Assembly: GCF_006345805.1 (NCBI RefSeq)
Contig: NC_042997.1
Span: 130,882,001 to 130,946,000 of the forward strand
Origin: Octopus sinensis
Lineage: Eukaryota
Reading direction: 5' to 3'
Length of the DNA stretch: 64,000 bases
The first letter of the stretch is position 1; every line of letters begins with the position of its first letter. The position numbers and the translations under genes were made by a program. The notes beneath the pieces were generated by a model. It saw nothing but the letters and a program-made list of their open reading frames with translations. It was not told the origin of the DNA and did no database searches. Below, in pieces: positions 37,111 through 50,699 of this stretch.

Positions 37111-38894
37111 AATGATGATGATGATGATGAATGATGTATAAAAGAAAAATGCAGTAGTTGTTATTAAGTCGCGGTAGTGGTGGTAGTAATGATGACAACA
37201 GTGGTGGTGGTATTGGCAAGCTATGGCAGGAATTTTAACTGACAAATTAATTCAGATCTGCTGCTATAAAGACTCTTGATGACATTTGACATTTCTTTTT
37301 AGGAATAGCTCTCCTATGACCTAACACGAGTTTAGCTCAATACAAAAACTAAGAGAAGAACTACAACTTTATAAATGACAAATAATTGCTGAACTATGAC
37401 AAATTTCTTACAGTACAAAAAGTAAACTTTAACAATTATAACATTGAGCAAATTAAATTATTTCATCATCATTTTTACATCCACTTTTCTATGCTGGCAT
37501 GGGTTAGACATCTCCATTTCACCTGTTTTACTTCTCCACTTGTGGTCCTTCAATATCTCTTTTGTGAGGTCCAGTATTCTCGATCTTGGTTTCAAATCTC
37601 ACTCATTTCCCACCCTCTAACAACCCCCTCACACACACACTCTCATAACCTCCATCTCCTCACACTCCAGATCCTGTTGTCCCCCCTTTCACTTCTCCTC
37701 ACCTCAAATCCCCACTATTTCTATATCCTTCCACCTCCACCTCATCACTCTAATTCTTTCTTCTAAAATGTGAGTCATCATGTAGCTTCTCTACAGTAAA
37801 AAACCTGTTTTGCTCTGGGCCCCTTCTCACATATTTTAATACTTAATCTCCAAGTATAAAGCTGCCCACCAGGTTTTGTAGCACCCAGTACACTCTGTAC
37901 AGTGGTTGGTATTAAAAGTGGCATCCAGTTGTAGAAACTACACCAAAGCATATACTAGAGTATGATGCAGTTTTTGAACCCAATGAATCGTCTCAAACCA
38001 TTCAACCTATATCAGTAAGAAACCTGGATGTTAAACGATAAACTTTTTATAAATCTTATTTGCTAATGTAGGCTTCTAAGTTTCTCATTCATTATAATTT
38101 AGTTGGTAGACCACCACTACTGTTCTATAATCTCCTCAACCAGTTGCAATTCTCTTCTACCATGTTGAATTTTATTGTGTTCCCATCAGAGAAGTTCCTA
38201 GCACATATCCCCCATTTAACATCAAAACTGTTACAAGTACTGATCTGTTACATGACACAACAACCAACAAGTAAATAACAGGTGTCTTTTTATTATTCTT
38301 TTTTACAACTAAACATTTTACATCTGTCATATATTTTAACAATGTGACATCAACTACCAGACATGGCTAAATTTATAACATCAGTCTAACTAGCATTCAC
38401 TCAAGAACTTTCACTTCAATATTTTAATGACACAAACATGTGTGAATGAAACTACACTTTGTCGACTTTTCAAATATTTAAATCTTATGTCAGTTTATCA
38501 AGAGTTATATTGAACAAACACACAATTTTTTTTATATATCAGAGAGACAGTCAGTTACTCAAAACTTGCTCAACATAAAAAATATCAATCAGCCATGGCT
38601 GTATGGTTAAGAAGTTTGCTTCCCAACAGCAGGGTTTCAAGTTCAATCCCACTGAACTTTTACATATACATATATGCATATGACCCGTGAATGATTTTCT
38701 ATTTTCTGCCTTTTCGCCACTGAACACCTAGCGTGCTAGTCAACTTTTTCTCCTCTCTTATTAATTCTGTTTTTATATCCATTTGAGGATTTCTTCCAGG
38801 AGTTAATCCATCATGCTCGTGTTTGGCCAAAAGGCTTTATTTATTAAACAATAATAAATCTCTGAGCAAGATATAAACAGTAACTGCTCTATAA

Positions 38895-39051
38895 CATAAG
38901 GGGGATCAGCCATCTGAATGTGGCTAGGGTCAGGGCAGGGTGGTGGGGGTGTTACTGATGCATTTAGGGCGGGGTGGGCTAAATGCATCAGTAACACCCC
39001 CACCACCCCGCCCTGACCCTAGCCACATTCAGATGGCTGATCCCCCTTATG
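38895..39051. repeat. Near-perfect palindrome, 73-bp arms and 11-nt G-rich loop
   Basis: One mismatch between the arms. Confidence 0.95.
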
Positions 39052-39320
39052 CTTTATTTATTGTCTTCGCTTATTGTCTCAAATTACATTTGTTTAAATT
39101 CATACATCCACCCTGTATTGTTTTGTTTGCTCGAGCCCTAATTCTACACAAATCTTGCGGTTGCTGCTGATATACGAAGTTCCCAGTCTTATCCTTAAAG
39201 GAATGAAACTGGGTATTAGTATTTTTGGTTGATAACTGAGGAAGGATAAGGGTCCTTGTGTCTGTAATATGCGTACATTTTGTAATACTTAATGCATTTT
39301 TCTTTTATATTATATATATA

Positions 39321-40526
39321 CAAGGTATTAGGGGTATTTGAGGACATTTCATTTTTAGTTCATTACACCTTCAAATTATTTAATGTATCATTTTTTTTTT
39401 TTCAGATAACCATTTCAAGATATCATGCTAACTCAAGAAATGAAAAGGCATGCAGTCATAGTTGCAAGATCATTTGTACACAGAATTCAGTTGGAATTAG
39501 AGGCATGTGATGGTATCACCTGTATCAAAGAGAACAAAACATTCACAATGCTCAGACACTAAAAGGGCACTGGAATTTATACATGTTCAAAACATTATCG
39601 ATGAAAACCCCAGAAGATCAATGAGGTCCATTGCTAAAGAATTTTGGGTGTCAGAGTGGACTATCAGAACTGTGGTACATCATGACATTCGATCCAAGTC
39701 CTATGTAATGAGGAAAGGCCAATTAGTGTCTGCAAAGATATAGGAAAACTGTCTCATCCATTCAAAATGGTTACTTAACAAAGTGAAAAACCTTCATGAA
39801 CAAGACATGCTTTGTCTTTTCTCTGACGAAAAACATTGACCAGGACCAAAAGCCTAACGGAAGAAATGACAGGTGGTTATGTGCAGATCCTTCTGAAGTA
39901 TCCAGAGTAATGCACACAAAATTTCCAGCAGGTGTGATGGTTTTAAGAGTGGTGAAAATAGCAAAGGTCATGTGATACCTTCCTACTTTTTTCCAAAGGT
40001 CTTAGAATTAATGCTACTGGATACACTGAAGTATTGGAAACTGTTACCAAACCCTAGATTGATGAAGTATGCAATGGAAGACCATATGTGTTTCAACAAG
40101 ACTCAGCACATTCTCACAAAGCTCTAGTCACCCAAGAATGGTTGTCAGACAATCTTTACAATTAGGTAACACCCAATATGTGTGGACTCCAAACTTGCCA
40201 GATTTGAACCCCATGAACTACTACATGAGCGCTGTTGAAAGGGAGACTAATTGTCATCCTCATAATACCATAGCTTCACTGAAGGCTGCCATTGTCCAGG
40301 TGATGTCTAAAATGAATAAGGACCATTTAGTGTCAGCATGCCAGCAGTTTCGGTCCTGCATTGAATCAGTCATTGAAGCTGAAGGTGCCTTCATAGAATA
40401 ATTTGCTTAAAAACTCATTATCAAGACTAATTGCACAAATGTTTATTCAAATATATATTTATTTATGCTGAAATATAATTGTTTTATTGTGTACCAAAAC
40501 TGTCCTCAAATACCCCTCACACCCTG
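39321..40526 (+). mobile_element. Full-length decayed maT (DD37D) transposon
   Basis: TIRs CA(A/G)GGT..AGGGGTATTTGAGGACA with a 5' TA. Motifs FSDEK, QQDSAHSH and PDLNPM(N)YY. The second-to-third acidic-site spacing counts to 37 across a frameshift. Confidence 0.88.
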
Positions 40527-40550
40527 TGTGTGTGTATGTGTGTATGTATA

Positions 40551-42058
40551 TCTCTACATATATAAAACTGAGAATGTGTGTCTGTCTGTCTGTGTGTTTC
40601 TCTAAAACTTGAGAACTACACAACCAATTTCATTCAAATTTTACACATGCCTTACTTAGGGTCCACGTAGTTTCATGGGCAAAAAAATGTTCAACTTCTT
40701 GCCAAGAGCGAGCCCATAGCAATATCATATCTTCTCCAATATTTCAGTATTACGTGTTAAAAGTGAAACAAAAACATTTCTCTATTTTATGTCAGATGCT
40801 TTCACTTTAACAATAAAAATAATAATAACAATTGAATTATATGTAGTAAGTAATAATTAAAATCAAACTAAAGTATAATATAATCGTAAAAGTAAAAATA
40901 GCAATTGGTATAAAATTGCATCAATGATTTGAACTTGAATAAGTGGTTTCACATGAATGGGAATAAATTAAAAATAAAATTAGCATGCAGAAATGGAATA
41001 GTCCAGATGGAGCTGTGCTTTTACATTAGATTATCTGCTAATTAGCTAGCATTAAGTATCTATATGATACTTATGTAATATCTGTATGTAATATCTGTTT
41101 TCTCGAACAGACGCTCCTACAGAGTACTGCTGTTGGTTTATTATACATAAAGGACTAAAGCTTCAACTGCTTACTGCTTTCTGACTCATCGTAAGGTTTG
41201 TTGTTATTATTATTACTGTTTAACTATTGTTATCACGTTTGTTGGTTCCTTGTAAAGGAAACATTGTTGTGTTGCATTTGTTAAATAATTGTAAACTGTA
41301 ACCCTCCCCTTTTGGGAGAAAGAGCTTTGGTTATTGTTTAAAAATTGAATTGTGTCCCTGTTTGGCGAAATTGACAATATTTTCACTGTTTACACGGAAG
41401 CATTTTTGTTAGAAGAAAGTCCAAAAATGAATTTTGCTGCAGCCGTCGGTGGGCGCGAACTCATTGAAATTAAAGTGGAAGAAATACGGATTGATCACTG
41501 ACAAAGACGGTGAATCTAGGATAACACCACCAAACGAAATAAAACATTAAATTAAAGAAAAGACTATTGTCTATAAAGTATACAATGTAGAGGAAAAAAA
41601 AGATTTGAACACCTGGAGTAAAGCACCATCGAAAAGTGTCTTGGTGCGACTATGAAAGATATCTAACTAGAGGCAGTAAATTCGCCACAATAGAAGTAAG
41701 GTTCGAGTCAACGGAGCGTGCAAGGAAGTACTCGACTTGAACCTTGCAAAGTGGAAATATTTTATTTTTACCTTTATATCTGGGACGTAGGACATCCCGG
41801 ATAAAAATTAAAAATGACCCCCACCCCAGAAGTAGAGGTAGGCTGGATTGTAGCCACACTTCTATACGAGATGGAGGAAAAGATACAATTGATCGAAATT
41901 GCAAGAGAGTATTGTTATCACTAGTGATATCAAGATATAACTTTGTATTTTATGTGTAGATGGATATATATATATGTGCATGTAATATGTATACATATAT
42001 GTACACATATATACATGCACTAGCACTATGACCCGGCAACGACGGGTCATAATGCTAG
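40551..42058 (+). mobile_element. Probable Helitron-type element (5' TC...3' hairpin-CTAG) enclosing a LINE remnant
   Basis: A|TCTCTACATATATAAAACTG 5' end and an ATGACCCG...CGGGTCAT hairpin plus CTAG|T at 42055-42058. Pairing of these two ends is inferred. Confidence 0.45.
41428..41945 (+). pseudogene. Degenerate L1/Tx1-like ORF1 5' fragment
   Basis: MNFAAAVGG...ITPPNEIK...KFATIEVRFESTERARKYST...FLPLYLGRRTSRIKIK. Family call is from memory of similar sequences. Confidence 0.45.
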
Positions 42059-42108
<50 letters not shown>

Positions 42109-43366
42109 ATACTGTAGCACTCAAGCATTCCCAAATGTATTATTAGTAGCATTATCATAAACTGAAACTAACCAGGATCTCAACTTTATCAATTATTTGA
42201 ACTTTATAACTAGTAACATCTATAACTTTACATGCATCATAGATTTTTGGTAGGCTCCTTGCAAGCTAAGCTTACAATATAGGTTCAATTTCTAGGCAAG
42301 CCATTTTAATACCACTTACTCATGGGATCATTTGGCATGTCTGTCAATGAGGAGCATAGCTGTCCAAGTGAACTGATTCACTTCTTGCAATGCACATTGT
42401 GGCCTTAGGGATTCCATTGTCCCAGGGGTTCATCCAGTTGCTTATGTGCAGGCGTAGCTATGTGATTGAAAAGTCTGTTGCCCACCACATAGTTTCAGGT
42501 TCAGTTCCACTGCATGGCACTTTAGCCCTTTATTATTCAGATTACTCAGTCAAATCTAAGGCTTATTTAGTCACATTGGGTCTCATGGAGGCAAAGTGGC
42601 TGGGTTTCTGTTTTGAGCGTTGGGCCATATTGAGGCATAGTGGCTAAGTTCCATTCAAGTGTTGGGCCTACTAGTTATTATGGAATCTCGAATATCTACA
42701 ATTAAATCCTTTGTACTTTTTATTTCCTTAACATCTTGAAGTAACCATACACAATTATGATGCTGCTCATATTATATTGGCAAAGAAAACGAAAAATTTT
42801 TTTTAAGTCATCATAATCCTCATAATCAGTCAGACATTCACAAGTCTGACCCAGCCACTTTTTCAGTCTATCTTGGCATACCTCTACTTCACTATTCACA
42901 ATAAACCCAAAATGTATTTTCTTTGCCCTGATCTAGCAGACCTATGATCAAAAGCATTCTAGCTCTAGCTATCCCATTCTTTTCTATATCAGGGTCTGTA
43001 TTGTTCAATGAGTCCTTTACTTTTTCAAGGTGATATAGTGTGTGATTTGATGGAGATTTGGCTGTTATATCTAGCAGATCAAGCAAACACAGGGCTTTCT
43101 CATTACCTTGTTTTCAGCAGTTTTATCTTCAGCTTCTATTAACTCCTTACATTTCATTATCATTACTTACTATGGAGCACCAGATTATTGAAGAAGACCT
43201 CACTCTTTTATTTGTTTAATCATTGGATCATGACCATGTTGGGGCACCAGCTTGAAAGGTTTAGTTAGGCAAATCACCAGTACTTACAGTTATAGGAATG
43301 TAAATGAAGCAACACAAGATGTCAAGTGGTGAAGAGATAAATGAAAAGACGAAGATGCACGCATAT

Positions 43367-43761
43367 CTTGTTTCAGTCATTTGACTGCGGCCATGCTGGA
43401 GCACCGCCTTTAATCAAGCAAATCGACCCCAGGACTTATTCTTTGGAAGCCTAGCACTTATTCTATGGGTCTCTTTTGCCGAACTACTAAGTTACAGGGA
43501 CATAAACACACCAGCATCGGTTGTCAAGCAATGTTGGGGGGACAAACACAGACGCACAAACATATACACACGCATACATATATATATATACATATATACG
43601 ACGGGATTCTTTCAGTTTCCGTCTACCAAATCCACTCATGAGGCTTTGGTCGACCCAAGGCTATAGTAGAAAACACTTGGCCAAGGTGCCAAGCAGTGGG
43701 AATGAACCCAGAACCATGTGGTTGTTAAGCAAGCTACTTACCACACAGCCACTCCTGCATC
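43367..43761 (-). mobile_element. Family A SINE
   Basis: Matches the other copies. Confidence 0.85.
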
Positions 43762-44344
43762 TATATATATATACATATGATGCAATTCCATACAGTTTCC
43801 TTTACCAATGGATCAGCCTGGGGCTATAGTAGACCTGCCCAATATGCTGTGCAGAGAGACTCAACCCAAAGCCACATGGTTGCAAAGCAATCTTAACCAT
43901 ACAACCATGCATGCACCTATGTTTATTTTTTTCTTATATTTTGATTTTTGTATGTCTTCATCAGCGGAAGAAAGGCAGCATCCATAACCAGTTTTTAGAG
44001 CATCAGAGATGGGTTAATTAGTGTGTGTGCACGTGTTTATTGTTATTGCTTTTACATTGCAGAATATCTTTTAATTATGCCTTGCCTGGTAGCTTATATG
44101 TGTAAGTATCATCAAATAGTTTTTTTTTTATATATATATATATTAAAGCTTCTGAAAACTTGCTTATTAACATTAACCTCATTACTTAATGTTGGAAGTT
44201 TCCAAGGATTTCGAACTTCTGTCATAAATACACCTTTGAAACAACTCACATTATGCAATGATATATATATATATGTGAGTGTGTGTGTGTATATATATAT
44301 ATATATGTTTATAGATATATGTATATATATATGTGTAACACATA

Positions 44345-45189
44345 TGTGGAAATCTGTGGGTGTGTCTGTTTGTGGCGTTGTTATCTAACTCCTACATCGT
44401 TTTATCGATTTTGATGAAACTTGACAGGTGAGTAGAACTCATGTCTGGAAAAACTAGTGACATACTTAGATAGTTGAAAAAAAAATCGATAATAGGGTCC
44501 CTGGAAGGGATTCTTATATCTACTACATATTATTTTTAAACATCCAAGGGAAATAACCTATTCACTCCTAAAAAGGATCCGTATATATATAGCCAAGGGA
44601 AATAACCCATTCCTGTTCGTAAATACATAAATCAAATTGAGTATGCTTATTTCTTAGTAATTGAACTGAGTCATTTTCACAATTTATCCACTTATTTTGG
44701 TTAGTGATTTATTCACGAATATACCAACACTAGTGCCACTGAGGCTAATATTCTCTGCGAACGCACAGAAGCCCTTTTCAGAGTTATTTACTTTGAATTG
44801 TTATTATCTCATATCTGATTAGCCTGCTATTATGTAACATGCTTCATGATTTTAGTATACATACCTTATTAGTATTCCCGCCTAAGTTCTATATTCTCTG
44901 GAACGTATTAAAGCCCTTTTCAGGGTTCCTTCATTTGAATTCTTACTATCAGGTAGCTAATTTCAAGCTATTACATAACTGGCTTCACAATTTGGGTATT
45001 CATAACTTATTGGGAATTCCTGAAAACAAGATCCTGTGTAAGACAGTTCGGTATTCTCAATAAATGCACAAAAACTGTTTTACAGGTTACATACTTTGCA
45101 TTATTGTTACTGGATTAGCAAAACAATTATGAGAATTGAACCAAGGGATAAGCTCCGCTTTCCCGGGAATTACCGGGTACATCAGCTAG
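44345..45189 (+). mobile_element. Helitron-like element; 5' boundary uncertain
   Basis: 3' CCCGGGAATTACCGGG hairpin followed by CTAG|T at 45186-45189. Confidence 0.5.
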
Positions 45190-45199
45190 TATATATATA

Positions 45200-45244
<45 letters not shown>

Positions 45245-45360
45245 CAGATTGGAGCAATCTCAAGATTAATCCGCTGACCCGTCCGTGTTTTTTGTATCGT
45301 CTATCTGGATGTTTTGCGTTCTTGTCCCATTTTGTATTTTATATATATATATATACACAC

Positions 45361-45616
45361 ACGGCAAATAAGAAAGTAGAGAGGATATAAAATAGACATC
45401 AGCCGGAAAATATTCCATTATGTCTATTTATTCCAATATATTGGATTGATACACACACATGTATTAGTGGTAGAGATTATTGAATAGAAAGAGTTAGTAA
45501 TTGGTAATCACATGTGTGTATATCAATCCAATAGATTGGAATAAATAGACATAATGGAATGTTTTCTGGCTGATGTCTGTCAATTTTATATCCTCTCCAC
45601 TTTCTTATTTGCCGTA
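45361..45616. repeat. Inverted repeat, about 103-bp arms and 46-bp spacer
   Basis: acggcaaataagaaagt...acacatgt and acatgtgtg...actttcttatttgccgt. Confidence 0.88.
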
Positions 45617-45774
45617 TAAATCAAGAGTAAACCACTTTTTACTCCACCCATATATAATACTCAATTGCGAGATTGCCACGCAATAACTAGCACTTGGGCA
45701 TAACTGGGTACACTACAGGAGTATATTGGATAGGTACTATCCCTTAGGTGGTTTCCCAACCTCTAACTCACATG

Positions 45775-45819
<45 letters not shown>

Positions 45820-46541
45820 AAATCTGTTCTGTCTGTCTGTGTGTGTGTCTTCTAGGATCTCGAGCATCCTCCATCCGATTGCACTCAAATTTGATATGTA
45901 GATGCTGACGGTATCAGGGTGTGTATAAGTCTTGAAAAAATTACAAAAATCGATTCCAGGTGAGAATGCGATCAATAAAGCCGTGGAAACATACATTTGC
46001 ACACGCAAGTACATCAGCTGTTGCAATCAATACTACCCGTACACGAGAAAAATGCACGTGCAGTTTGTGCAAAAAAAGCCCACTGGCTTGAAATAATGCC
46101 ACAAAATGCAGTATATTTAAGAGACCGAAAAAGTAAGATGCAAAAGAGATATTTTCTTCAAACTTGGCATGAAGGAAGGAAAGACTATTTGGTTTCTCAA
46201 GAAGTTTTTTTTTTGCCTTAACTTCGTTTAACAAAACCAAAAATTTTATTGAAATAAATATGCTTAATTATTTTTTAATGAAAAGAAAACACTGATTGCT
46301 TTTTATTCAAGGAAGAAAATACTATTTTCTTGCTAATAAATGATTTTTGTTGCCTTACAGCTTTAAACCCCCAAAAAGTGTGTTTTTTAGTGAAAGAAAA
46401 CCATTATTGTATTCAATCAAGATTGTTTGAGCTTTATTTCAAGGTGAATGTAGTCAAAATACTTCAATTGAGAAAATTTGGTTTAAATGTTTGACAACTA
46501 TGCACCATCCATTGGACAGTGGGGTGGGGGCGTTTTTCTCA

Positions 46542-46587
<46 letters not shown>

Positions 46588-46591
<4 letters not shown>

Positions 46592-46707
46592 TCAGAGCTA
46601 TAGTAGAAAAGTAGAAGACACTTACCCAAAGTAATATATGTACATATATATATATATATATTACTTTGGGTAAGTGTCTTCTACTCTTCTACTATAGCTC
46701 TGACCTA
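46588..46707. repeat. SINE-derived fold-back palindrome centred on (TA)n
   Basis: About 52-bp arms with one mismatch. The right arm continues as normal SINE sequence. Confidence 0.9.
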
Positions 46708-47580
46708 ACCAAAGCCTTGTGAGTGGATTTGGTAGACAGAAATTGAGAGCAGTGCACTGTTTGAGTGTGTGTTTTAATGTCCATTTTCCATGCTGGGGCA
46801 TGTGTTAGACAGTTTGATAGGAGCTGGCAAGGCCAGGAGTTACACTAGGTTCCACTGTTTTGGCATGGTTTCTACAGCTTGATGCCCTTCCAAGTGCCAA
46901 CCACTTTACAGAGTGTAGTGGATGCTTTTTTTATGTGGCAGCAGTACACACACACACACTTACGTATATATATCTATGAATATATATATATGTGTGTGTG
47001 TGTGTGAGTGTGTCTGTTTGTGTGTCTTTGTCTTGATGTCACATGATAGTAGTAAATGAGTGTCAATGTCATATAGGCAGTGCAATTCGTACCCACAATT
47101 CTACAAAAACAGGGGAAATATTACCTTGCTTGGAAATAAGTAAGGGATGGCAACAAAGAGATTACATTAGTAAATTTGTCCAACCCATGCCAGTAAAGGA
47201 AAGTGTACATTAAAATCATGACAGTGATGCTGCTGAAGATGATGATGGTTAATTACTCATGGACACCATCAACATAAAAATCAACAGTTAAGTTATAAAA
47301 ATACTTGATGAAATGAGCACCAAAATATAATTAAACACACTTATGTGATGAGGGAAAGATATCATTACCTAAGTGTAAATGACCAATATTATTTTAACAA
47401 GCCTATGCTTCACTGAGGGCAAATATATGCAAGGAGTTATCTCGCATTTCGGCCAATATTTTTTTTCCTGTTCACTTCATTAGTATGCTAACACTAACTT
47501 AATTATTACTTCTTAATGTTAAGTTATTATCAACATAATTTATGCAGCAAACATCATAAAGCCAACTAGTTCTAGTTTAG

Positions 47581-47593
47581 AGAAATCTTTTAA

Positions 47594-47630
<37 letters not shown>

Positions 47631-47819
47631 CTTTTAAATTTCATATATATATATATAGAGAGAGAGAAATCTTTAAAATTTCATATATATATATATATAT
47701 TATGTCATTATAAAGGAAAAAAAATTTGTTAAAAAATTTTCTAATATTCTTCAGACATATTGACGCAAATATATATATTTTTTAACATTTAAGCCTTCTG
47801 TCGTTTTTTCACTCTTTAC

Positions 47820-47878
<59 letters not shown>

Positions 47879-47945
47879 GGAAATCTTTTAAATTTCATAT
47901 ATATATAGAGAGAGAAATCTTTTAAATTTCATATATATATATAGT
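47581..47945 (+). repeat. Composite minisatellite: five copies of GAAATCTTTTAAATTTCATA, each followed by variable (TA)n(GA)n
   Basis: Direct reading. Confidence 0.85.
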
Positions 47946-48452
47946 AGGGAAAGAAATAATCAAGATCAGTGGGTGCAGAAGAAGTAGAGTGCTGGTCCAG
48001 ACATCATACAGCATATAATTTCATCCCTCTACATTTTGAGTTCAAATCCCACTGAGATTGATTAGCCTTTCATTCTTTCATAACCAAATCTGTGTTTTGG
48101 TTAATTCAATTAATCATGCCCTGGCATGGAAAGGAAATAAACTGACATTTACTACAGCTAATGCAGTGAAGCTTTAAATCTTTGTATGTTCACTTTGCAA
48201 CCATGAGATCGAGGATTCAGTCCCACTGTGTGGAACTTTGGGCAAGTGACTTCTACCAGAGCCCTGAACCAACCAATAACATGTGAGTGACTTTGATAGA
48301 TGGAAATTGTATGGCAACTCATTGTGGGTGTATCATCATCATCATCATCATTTAATGGTCCGCTTTCCATGCTGGCATGGGTTAGATGGTTTGACTGAGG
48401 ACTGGCAAGCCAGATGGCTGCATCAGCCTCCAATCTGATCTGGCAGAGTTTC

Positions 48453-48487
<35 letters not shown>

Positions 48488-48504
48488 ATATTTATACATG
48501 TTGC

Positions 48505-48745
48505 TGGTGGTGCCACATAAAAAGCATTGGTGCCAGTGCCATGTAAAAAGCACTTGTGCTGGGGTCACGTAAAAATCACTTGTGCTAGTGTCACATAAAA
48601 AGCACTGGTGCTGGTGTCACATAAAAAGCACTGGCCACATAAAAAGCACTGGTGCTGGTGTCACATGAAAAGTACTGGTGCTGGTGTCACAAAAAACACT
48701 GGTGCCACATAAAAAGCACTGGTGTTGTGCCAAGTAAAAAGTACC
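48505..48745 (+). repeat. About 25-bp minisatellite (aaaagcactggtgctggtgtcacat)n within a SINE-like repeat
   Basis: Direct reading. Confidence 0.8.
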
Positions 48746-50283
48746 CGGTATACTCTGTAAAAACAGACAATGGAGCCTGGTGCAACTCCTAGTCTTACCA
48801 GCACTTACCAAACCATCCAACCCATGCCAGCATGGAAAGTGGACATTAACCGCTAATGATGATGGTGTGAGTGTGTGTGTGTACGTGCTACTTACAACTT
48901 GACAACCAGTGTTGGTTTGTAACTTAGCAGTTCAGCAAAAGATACTAACAGAATAAGTACTTGGGTTGCTCAGTTTGACTAAAACCTTTTAAGATGTTGC
49001 CCTAACAGTGCTGCAGTCCCATGACTGAAACAAATAAAAGATATATGCAGAATATGAGGCAATAATTTACCAAGAGCTATCACTGCAGAACACCACCAGC
49101 AAAAAAAAAAAAAAGCATTAGTGATGTCGGTGTTGTTATAATACTCACTGTATTAAGTATGGTAACTTAGCTAGTGATTTTCATGCAGATGGCATACCTA
49201 AATACTCTTTCTCAAACATAAACTAATGTTCATAGCTACACATGTACAGTATTGTACATCTATTTAGGGTTCTCTCATCATTGCTTCAGAATGTATGGTA
49301 ACATTTCTTTCACTGAAGAGGACTAATAAAATTGAAACATAACCAGAGTTGTCTCCCATATCTATTGTAATAATTATAACTAGCGGGACCCGTGAATATT
49401 TCACAGAATTAATGGTAAACCTATTGGGTTATTTCTGAAAACTTTATCCAAACCCTGAAAACATAGCCTGTGTTGTCTGTATAGAAAGATAGTAACTCAT
49501 CTGCTACTCATTAAAAAGTGAAAGGAATTGGAATACGGTGATTACTTAATACACTTTATATACTTTATGCACAATTTTATAGACTTAATACATAGCACTC
49601 AAAATATTTGCTCTAATTTTTCAATTTTCCCCATTAACAAAAAAAAAATATTCCATAGATATGATACAACCTTTAGTTAAATTGCATATATCTGCCATAT
49701 AACTAAACGTGAATATTTCACAGAACTGCACTTATGCACATGTGCTGATAGGTGAGACAAAAAAACTCGGTTCAATTAAAAAAAAATACACTTTCCACTA
49801 TCCAATCATCACCACCACCATCGTCATCTCTCTCTTCCTCCCTTTTCTCACTCCCCTCTCTCTCCGCCTTTCTTTAACCTCACCATCAGAACATCAAACC
49901 TCAGCTAAAATTATATTTTCAACTCTCCTTCTCTACCTTCAACCAACTTTTATAACCACGTAATAAATATTATGTTCCCCCTACCTCATGTCATGGACAC
50001 TTCTCTCTCCCTCTTCACCTTATCCTCTTTTTGTCTCTCTTTCCCTTCAACTAATCACATGAAAGTGTTACAATTACATTCCCTCTACCTTTCATCATGG
50101 ATGCTTCTCTCTTCCTCTTTTTTTCTAATCATGTGAAAGCGTTACCAATGGGTTAAGTAACACAATGACAAGCAGAATTGTTATAAGATAATATTAATCA
50201 TTGACTAATACTGTCACTTCCTTCCTGCATTAAAGCTGATAACAAAAACTTCACATACATAATACAAGGTTACTAATCTATAA

Positions 50284-50699
50284 TCTATATATATAAAGCT
50301 GAAGTCGTTTGTGTGACAGGTTTGGTAGCCTTCAACTAACACTATCTCCTCCGAGACCCTGTGGCGCAAGTTGACCAAAATTGAGAGTATGATAGAAAAA
50401 GGCTTGCTCTTCATTCCGTAGCAGATAAAATTCAAATCAGACCATGTTAAGACCAAAAATTATTTACATCAAAAAGGTGCTTTTTTTCTATGAAAATCCC
50501 TATTTTTTATGATTTTTTGACAGCTGTGTCGCCATTTTTCGGTGTATTTCAACCAGAAAAATGTTCACTTAAAGAGAATTTTCAATTCAATTCAATTCAA
50601 GCTACATAACAAGCTACATAATGCAAAATTTTTACTTTTCAAAAATTCCAATTCTAAAGGGTTGAAACAAACCCGAGCAATGCCGGGCGATACTGCTAG
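50284..50699 (+). mobile_element. Non-autonomous Helitron, subfamily 2
   Basis: A|TC...hairpin-CTAG|T. Confidence 0.85.

Noticed and set aside
42892-43086. ORF resembling a Tigger transposase C-terminus
   Set aside because: The similarity is short and weak, with no TIRs or catalytic motifs.
48505-48745. CRISPR-like array (also 47581-47945)
   Set aside because: The context is eukaryotic, there are no unique spacers and no cas genes. These are minisatellites.
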